Shown: one piece after another, positions 58,334 to 64,000 of the stretch
How positions within the stretch are numbered: the stretch's first letter is position 1
Layout: each line of letters opens with the position of its first letter
Assembly (NCBI GenBank): GCA_050633245.1
Contig: JBOEGD010000022.1
Location: forward strand, 32,001 to 96,000
Source of the DNA: Calditrichia bacterium
Lineage (GTDB): Bacteria; Calditrichota; Calditrichia; RBG-13-44-9; J075
DNA: 64,000 bases
Direction of reading: 5' to 3'
Notes under the pieces: generated by a model
What the model saw: the letters and a program-made list of their open reading frames with translations, nothing else
Told to the model about the DNA's origin: nothing
Database searches by the model: none
Translations under genes and position numbers: made by a program

Positions 58334-59608
58334 ATGCGTCATATCCTTTGCGCCTTTATTTGTTTAACTGTGCTGTCGCTAAGCAGCATTGCGCAAAACC
58401 TCACTGCTTTTCCGGTGGGAGAAAACTGGCAGTTTACCGATGCGCGTACGCTCGGTATGGCTGGAAGCGGCTCCGTCTCCAACAGTGGTGCCGGTGCGTT
58501 GCTTATGAACCCTGCAGCTTTGGGGCGTGGAAGCGGCAGAATGGAACTGTCTGTTTCAACGACTTTACGCAATATGGAAGAGCGGCGCTCATTCCCGGTG
58601 TTTAACCGCATTGATGATGTTACGACTAAAGGAATCTATGCGATAAACGATAACTGGTATGTACAGCCTCAGGGTGGTGCGCGTTATAATTTGAATCTTT
58701 CTGCGGTGCCGTTCCTGAAAGCCTTTGCGTTCGGAACCTATAATGAAGTAGATCAGGATTACAAATATCTGGAAGAAGTTCGCAGCCGGGATTTTAACGG
58801 AGAACGCTCTCCGTTGGCTTACAATCAGATTCAGTTTGAAGGCGATCTGACACGCTATAGTTTTGGAACAGCGCTTGGGCTTGGCAGCAAGCTCGATTTT
58901 GGCTTTCAATTAGGTTTCTTGAATGGCGATCTGGAGTCCAGCTCATCCGTTGACTTTCAGGCGGAAGAAAATCAGGCGAACAGCTTTCGCATACAGAACT
59001 TTCGTTCGTTAGACAATACGCCGTTGGTTGTCTCTGCTGGTGCAATTGTAGACGTTTCTCCGCAGCTGACGCTTGGTAGTCACGTTCGGCTTCCCTACAA
59101 GGTTGAATATGCCGTTTCTGTAGAAGGAACGGATGGCAGCACACCTGAGAGCTACGAATACCCGATGGCAATAAATGTCGGCATGGAATACCGCGGTCGT
59201 CAAGAGCTTCAATCCAGCCTGAATGTAGATTTCAGCTATGAGCTGTGGAGTGAAACAGAATCAACTAAAGATGGCGTTGTTTTACCTAATTTGCTGGATG
59301 ATGTCGTTACACTAAAAGGTGGAATTGAGCATATCTTCTACAATCAAATTCCACTACAGTTTGGATTACAATACCGCACCGCTTTGCAGGATCGACGTAG
59401 TAGTCGCACGCTGTTTTCTATAGGAAGTGGCTATGTAACCAAGCAGTGGCAAGTGGATGGCGCACTTGGCTTTAGCAAGCTCAGTTATACCGCTGAGGAT
59501 TTATTCGATGATGCGCTGTTTGGCGGGGATCGATCTGGTAGCCCAATCGATGATGTTGAAGAACGTTATGTCTACGGCATTATTACGCTGAAGATAAACT
59601 TCGAATAA
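58334..59608 (+). CDS. FadL/OmpP1-like outer-membrane beta-barrel
   Basis: Signal peptide from ATG 58334 (GGAG RBS); ARTLGMAG and MNPAALG motifs; beta-strand pattern. Confidence 0.72.
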   Translation: MRHILCAFICLTVLSLSSIAQNLTAFPVGENWQFTDARTLGMAGSGSVSNSGAGALLMNPAALGRGSGRMELSVSTTLRNMEERRSFPVFNRIDDVTTKGIYAINDNWYVQPQGGARYNLNLSAVPFLKAFAFGTYNEVDQDYKYLEEVRSRDFNGERSPLAYNQIQFEGDLTRYSFGTALGLGSKLDFGFQLGFLNGDLESSSSVDFQAEENQANSFRIQNFRSLDNTPLVVSAGAIVDVSPQLTLGSHVRLPYKVEYAVSVEGTDGSTPESYEYPMAINVGMEYRGRQELQSSLNVDFSYELWSETESTKDGVVLPNLLDDVVTLKGGIEHIFYNQIPLQFGLQYRTALQDRRSSRTLFSIGSGYVTKQWQVDGALGFSKLSYTAEDLFDDALFGGDRSGSPIDDVEERYVYGIITLKINFE

Positions 59609-59821
59609 TCTGTATTTATTTTGGTCGGGCGGTTTTTAAGCCTCCGCCTGGCCTGTGGCATATGCCCCAAACCCTCCTTCTTTTTGTGCTATAATCCCCA
59701 TTTCCGCTATTCTCTTCATCTCTTCCTGTTGCTGTGTGTTTTGTTTGCTGCCCTTGTTTTTATTGGGTTTAGGGTTGGCAAACCTGCCTTTTTGCTAATT
59801 GTTTTCTCTCTTTTCCCGAAT

Positions 59822-59836
59822 TGGCACAGGAATTGA
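59822..59836 (+). promoter_or_regulatory. Putative sigma54 promoter upstream of the tandem hairpins
   Basis: TGGCAC-AGGAA-TTGA; no protein-coding gene follows on this strand. Confidence 0.5.
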
Positions 59837-59860
59837 AATATATCTGGGCAGTTCATTGAA

Positions 59861-59967
59861 AGACAAGTTTCTACCTCGGCACGTTACTGCGAAAATGAAG
59901 GCAAGCTGAATGGGGCGCAGTAGTTTTGATTTTTGATTGTGTAACGTGTCGTGGCAGGAACTTCTCT
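59861..59967 (+). ncRNA. Candidate structured sRNA, copy 1
   Basis: Stem aagtttctacctcggcacgttac/gtaacgtgtcgtggcaggaactt with G-U pairs on the + strand; apical 24-mer identical to copy 2. Confidence 0.65.
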
Positions 59968-59987
59968 TGGAGATTCCAAAAGATTTT

Positions 59988-60093
59988 GCAGGAAATTCTA
60001 TCATGACACGTTTCTGATGGGTAGAGTTGGTTCAAGCTGAATGGGGCGCAGTAGTTCTGGCTTCCAGATGGACGTGTCATGATGGAAACCTGC
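59988..60093 (+). ncRNA. Candidate structured sRNA, copy 2
   Basis: Stem gcagg..ttctatcatgacacgt/acgtgtcatgatggaa.cctgc; apical CAAGCTGAATGGGGCGCAGTAGTT. Confidence 0.65.
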
Positions 60094-60101
60094 TTAATTG
60101 C

Positions 60102-60144
60102 AAAAAGAAACGCCATTGGTTCGGGTTGAGCCAATGGCGTTTCT
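60102..60144 (-). terminator. Rho-independent terminator of the SH3 lipoprotein gene
   Basis: agaaacgccattggttc/gagccaatggcgtttct stem with a U tract on the minus strand. Confidence 0.8.
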
Positions 60145-60166
60145 GCGTTCTATAATTTTTAAAGCT

Positions 60167-60928
60167 TTATTCTTCTGTGGGAAGGATGTACCAAACGCTG
60201 GAGAAATATTTGCTATCCCATTCCTTGCGCTCAAGATCGACTGAAATATTAGTCAGTAGGGTTCCACTATTCCAAATGACATGACCGCTGTTATTTTCGC
60301 TGGGTTCCTGAGTAGTGAGCTCGCATTTCTTAAGACCAGCCTTATATCCATTAACCGGCTTGAAAAAATCTACGCGAACCCGATTTACTTTGTTTTTCAG
60401 CTTATCGATAAACAGCGTAATGCCGTGCTCAACCTTCTGCTGCGATTCTGTAACGACATCCAGAACAATAACCTCGTGGCTTCCCAATCCAATATCTTTA
60501 AAGAATAGCTCGTAGGAACCACTGGTTTCCTGTCGTTTGCTACCTTGCTGAGAAAATATGTTTTGGAAGAATTCTACCGACTTGAACTTTTCTTTCTTCT
60601 GGTCCAGATAGAAATTAGGGCCATATAAGTTCAGTGCCTCATAACCCACAGATGGTGCCCAAATATAGGCCTCTTTAAAGCGCTTGTTACTAAACTGAAC
60701 CCAGTTTCCTACTCTGCGCAGAACCGTGATCTCTGCATTTTTTCGAAGCGACCCAAGGCGCTTGCCGTTTGGCAGGGCGCGTACGTTTTCAGAATTGACC
60801 TGAACCATTACAGGACGCCCGGCATCTGTTGTAAGTGATTCAGTTGGCGAGGTTGTTGGTTTTGCCGTTTTGGGCTGGCAGCCTAATAGAAAGAATGTTG
60901 CTAATATCAAGAGTAGTTGCAGCTTCAT
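60167..60928 (-). CDS. Lipoprotein with bacterial SH3-like domain
   Basis: Lipobox LLGC; NVRALP.G..LGSL..N.EITVL...GNWVQ...AYIW. Confidence 0.72.
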   Translation of the reverse strand: MKLQLLLILATFFLLGCQPKTAKPTTSPTESLTTDAGRPVMVQVNSENVRALPNGKRLGSLRKNAEITVLRRVGNWVQFSNKRFKEAYIWAPSVGYEALNLYGPNFYLDQKKEKFKSVEFFQNIFSQQGSKRQETSGSYELFFKDIGLGSHEVIVLDVVTESQQKVEHGITLFIDKLKNKVNRVRVDFFKPVNGYKAGLKKCELTTQEPSENNSGHVIWNSGTLLTNISVDLERKEWDSKYFSSVWYILPTEE

Positions 60929-61016
60929 TTGTCACCTTTTCGAGAACAAGTTGTTGTCTGGTATTTGTTGATTTTAGAAAGACTGAATATAGTTTTCTGC
61001 ATCCCTGAATCAACTG

Positions 61017-62426
61017 TTATTTCATTTTTTCGCGATCTCTTGCGGCCCACCCCAGAAGAAACAGAATGGCTGAAACCGCCAGCCCGGCAAACATTGGCGG
61101 CACATTGCCATAATAAGAGAGTTCAAACAGTGAAGGGCTGTTGGCTGCGGCAATAAGTAAAGAGGCTAGTGCCGTTACAAAAGATGCCAGCATAGTGCCG
61201 GTAATCCAGTTTTTCCGCGGGCGTATGACCGGGAAGTAAACCGCCAGCAGAGGTAGTAACAACGGAGGGACAAAGAGTGTTCCAACAATATACCAAATTT
61301 GAATAACCGATGGGATTGTAATCGCCAAACCAATAGATAGCAGTGCGGTAACAACCAAGCCTATTCGCAGTCGTTTAATGCTCAGCTTTTTACGCTCATC
61401 CGGAGGTTGCAGATCGTGCCCGAGTGAAACGGCGGAAAGGAGTGAAAAACTATCTACCGTGCTCATAATTGTTGCTAAAAGCCCGGTAAGGAAAATCCCC
61501 GATAGTAATGGAGGCAAATAAGTATGGCCGAGTAAAGGAAAAGCCAATACCGGGTTAATGTCACTCATTAGTGCCCTGGCATACAGTCCGCATAGTGTCG
61601 TCATCGAGTCGAAAATCAACCAGAAAAGAATAGACGTTAAAATACCCTTTTTAGCAATAGCCGGAGATGTTGCGGCATAACAACGCTGGTGAAAGCCCGG
61701 GTCCACAAATGTCCATAGTGCGATAAAGAACCACACGACAATAGTCTCCGTACTATTTCCACCATGCCAGCTAAAATAGCTCTTGGGAAGATTCTCCTGT
61801 AGGAAAGACAGTCCACCAACTGTGAACAACAGGTAAAACAGAAGCATTGCAAATCCGCTGAACATGAGAATAAACTGTAGGCGATCGGTGCGAACAACGG
61901 CTCTGAAGCCACCTGAAAGCACATAAAGCATAGAACATACGGTGCCAATGCTTACACATAGCCAAAGCGACCAGCCGGTCAGCATCTGGAGAAACAAGCC
62001 GATCATCAAACAATACGGCGCCGGTAAGGTGATAAAGAATGTAAATAGACCGCTTAATCTGCCGCTGCTATTTCCGTACGCGCTATAGAACTGATCTGCT
62101 ATTGAAAGTCCGCCGTTTTCCCGAACTCTGCCTGCCAGAAAGAAAGCAAACAGAATCGCAAAAATGTAGTAGGGCAGGCCGAATACAAACCAGTTTGATA
62201 TCCCATACAAAAAAGTGAACTCTCCCACACCAAGAATTCCGCCATACCAGGTGGTTACCAGTGTGGCAACAAATGCAGGCAGGGTGAGCATTCGTCCGCC
62301 AAGAATAAAATCTGCTTTTTGAGCGTCCTTATTCTTTTCCCGTAATCCAAGAAAAATAAGCGCTGCTACATAGATAAGAATAGGCAGGATTTCCAGCGGG
62401 TGCAGGGTAATCGTTGTTTCAGTCAA
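61017..62426 (-). CDS. Sodium:solute symporter (SSS) family protein
   Basis: DFILGGR, ATLVTTWYGG, GGFRAVVRTD, QRCYAA and LATIMSTVDS motifs. Confidence 0.92.
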   Translation of the reverse strand: MTETTITLHPLEILPILIYVAALIFLGLREKNKDAQKADFILGGRMLTLPAFVATLVTTWYGGILGVGEFTFLYGISNWFVFGLPYYIFAILFAFFLAGRVRENGGLSIADQFYSAYGNSSGRLSGLFTFFITLPAPYCLMIGLFLQMLTGWSLWLCVSIGTVCSMLYVLSGGFRAVVRTDRLQFILMFSGFAMLLFYLLFTVGGLSFLQENLPKSYFSWHGGNSTETIVVWFFIALWTFVDPGFHQRCYAATSPAIAKKGILTSILFWLIFDSMTTLCGLYARALMSDINPVLAFPLLGHTYLPPLLSGIFLTGLLATIMSTVDSFSLLSAVSLGHDLQPPDERKKLSIKRLRIGLVVTALLSIGLAITIPSVIQIWYIVGTLFVPPLLLPLLAVYFPVIRPRKNWITGTMLASFVTALASLLIAAANSPSLFELSYYGNVPPMFAGLAVSAILFLLGWAARDREKMK

Positions 62427-62527
62427 AAATTTATCCCAAAAAAGTTCAGTTAATCGGGAATAACATAAGCAAAGAGCAGGTAATTCCCAATCGTCCCCGA
62501 ATTTATCTGTAACTGGAGGATTGATAA

Positions 62528-64000
62528 ATGGTTCTTCTCCGTGTTATCGCAATACTCTTGCTGTCGGGTTTGCTGTATGGACAAACGTCCCTGCCGGAGG
62601 ATGAGGTGATCGCTGTGCAGGCGGGTGATTATTTTAGCCGACTTCAGGAGCTAAGCGAAAACCCCCTTGATATGAATAAGGCCTCGGCAAGACAGCTTCG
62701 GGACATTCCCTTTTTGAATCGAAAACTTATTTCAGCTATACTGAATTATCGCCGTAAAACAGGGGAATTTCAAACCGTTGATGAGCTGCTTCGTATTAAT
62801 GGAGTCTCCGGTGAGCTATTGGAAGCGATGCGTGCCTACCTGCAAGTTGAAGCTAAACCGAGAGCGCTAAGGCTGGTTTATGACCAGCGCCTAGCCGCTA
62901 CGGCACATAAAACGCGTGCGTATGTAAGAGATCTATATGGCAGTCGCCTTGCAATAAGACAACGCTTTTTGCTGCAAATGGAGGATCGATTTAAGTTCAT
63001 TCTCCAAACGGAAAAAGACGCTGGCGAACCAAACTGGCGAGATCACGTTTCCGGCTCGGCAGCTATTGAGTTAAGACGGTTGCACAGCCATGTTGTTTTG
63101 GGTGATTATTATGCCTGGTTTGCACAAGGCTTGATCTCAGGTGGTGCTTATGGTAAACGCCTGACTGCAGGAAGTGGGCACTCTGCTTTGATTCCGGGCA
63201 TGCTTCGAGTGCGTCAAAAAACCGGAGCGGATGAGTTCGCTTTTTTACGCGGCATTAGTTGGCAAGTTCAACCAATCGAGCCGTTGCAGCTAACCACACT
63301 GGTTTCTGTTCGCAAGCTGGATGCTGTTTTGTCAGAAGACTCTCTTACTGTTTTGCGCTTGGTGAATACGGGATTTCATCGCAGTGAGAGTGAACTGGCG
63401 CGACGTAACAGTCAAAGGGAAAAACGTCTTGCATTAGCGGCCACGCTCAATTTAAAAGCCTTCTCTATTGGCGCGCTCTATCAAATAAATCAATATTTCA
63501 AAAAGCAACAGTTTACAGGCTTAACATCTGAAGGCGGATGGAGCGGTAGCATCGCATTTTCCTATCGAACTGAAAGTTGGAAGCAGTCGGTGGAACTTGC
63601 TCGGGGAATCCGAGGCAGAGCACTAATGGCAAGTGTTGTAACACAATCTATGGGAATGCGCTTTGGTGCCGGTGTTTTTTATTATTCTCCTCTTTTTATC
63701 TCTCCCCATGGTCGGCGTTTTGGTGCATTTGGACAATCACCTGCAAATCGCTTTGGTGTTCAGCTGTTACAAAATCTTATCCTGCCGGCAGCGCTTCGCG
63801 TTAGTATTCACCTCGAGGCCGGCAGGCCGGTACAGCCCGAAGTGGCATTTCCGATTACGTCCTGGGCAGCGAGTGCGTATGCAGAGCAACGCTTTAAGCG
63901 GATCGTCTGGAAATTGCGATATAGTCAGCGCTCTTCTGGAAATGAGGAGCTTCAGCGAGACAGGCTACCGGTTCGGCGTCGATTGCGTCTGGATTTGGAA
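62528..64000 (+). CDS. ComEA-like helix-hairpin-helix + outer-membrane barrel protein (runs off the window)
   Basis: Not in the ORF track. GGAGGA RBS; MVLLRVIAILL... signal; NPLDMNKAS...IPFL...ILNYRRKTGEFQTVDELLRINGVS, then EKDAGE, LGDY...FAQGL, FLRG and TGFHRSESE. Frame spot-checked, not read in full. Confidence 0.85.
   Translation, partial: MVLLRVIAILLLSGLLYGQTSLPEDEVIAVQAGDYFSRLQELSENPLDMNKASARQLRDIPFLNRKLISAILNYRRKTGEFQTVDELLRINGVSGELLEAMRAYLQVEAKPRALRLVYDQRLAATAHKTRAYVRDLYGSRLAIRQRFLLQMEDRFKFILQTEKDAGEPNWRDHVSGSAAIELRRLHSHVVLGDYYAWFAQGLISGGAYGKRLTAGSGHSALIPGMLRVRQKTGADEFAFLRGISWQVQPIEPLQLTTLVSVRKLDAVLSEDSLTVLRLVNTGFHRSESELARRNSQREKRLALAATLNLKAFSIGALYQINQYFKKQQFTGLTSEGGWSGSIAFSYRTESWKQSVELARGIRGRALMASVVTQSMGMRFGAGVFYYSPLFISPHGRRFGAFGQSPANRFGVQLLQNLILPAALRVSIHLEAGRPVQPEVAFPITSWAASAYAEQRFKRIVWKLRYSQRSSGNEELQRDRLPVRRRLRLDLE

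Noticed and set aside
59621-59836. 71-aa hydrophobic ORF as a type I toxin
   Set aside because: TTG start at the edge of a stem-loop with no RBS; the hydrophobicity follows from T-rich low complexity.
59902-60056. Mini-CRISPR, c-di-GMP-I riboswitch, attC site or SRP/6S RNA
   Set aside because: There are only two repeats, and the 107-nt interval is itself homologous and structured. GGCAA..GGGGCGCA resembles GEMM but lacks the GNRA-capped stem and any downstream gene. The ends are GTT...AAC, the wrong order for attC. There is no SRP GGAA-loop motif, and each unit is too short for 6S.
62427-62527. Riboswitch upstream of the SSS transporter
   Set aside because: The 100-nt divergent gap lacks recognisable TPP, SAM or cobalamin core motifs.
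309-63804. Numerous short ORFs overlapping or antisense to long genes, and over-extended starts (e.g. 12321, 16702, 18358, 58175)
   Set aside because: They are shadows of well-supported CDSs; internal ATGs with an RBS or signal peptide fit better.

Overview
A gene-dense bacterial chromosomal window with no rRNA, tRNA, CRISPR array, prophage or transposase. Five secreted proteins carry T9SS-like C-terminal sorting domains, PorV/FadL-like barrels are present, and GGAGG Shine-Dalgarno sites are used. Together these suggest a Calditrichota-like or FCB-affiliated organism (inference). Housekeeping and accessory genes include aceE, pdxH, an amidohydrolase pair, an Hsp20 pair, a molybdopterin oxidoreductase, a Crp/LytTR/TonB-receptor module, DUF1800/DUF1501, TrmH, SatD, TraB and DUF4301. 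The two best candidates for undescribed biology lie at 45-64 kb. (1) A four-gene operon (50629-59608) encodes a secreted lamin-tail + multi-OB-fold protein, a PorV-like barrel, a ComEA-type helix-hairpin-helix outer-membrane barrel and a FadL-like barrel. A paralogous OB-fold protein and a second HhH barrel lie nearby, and the set looks like an extracellular nucleic-acid capture/import system. (2) Directly downstream, two tandem ~100-nt hairpins share an identical 24-nt apical motif, show compensatory stem changes and sit behind a sigma54-like promoter, making them a candidate new sRNA pair. Intergenic DNA also holds several REP-like palindrome families (one pair brackets an ArsR-SDR cassette), GNA-triloop mini-hairpin mosaics, 7/14-nt tandem repeats and several sigma54-type promoters. 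All family calls come from motif recognition by eye, not from database searches.
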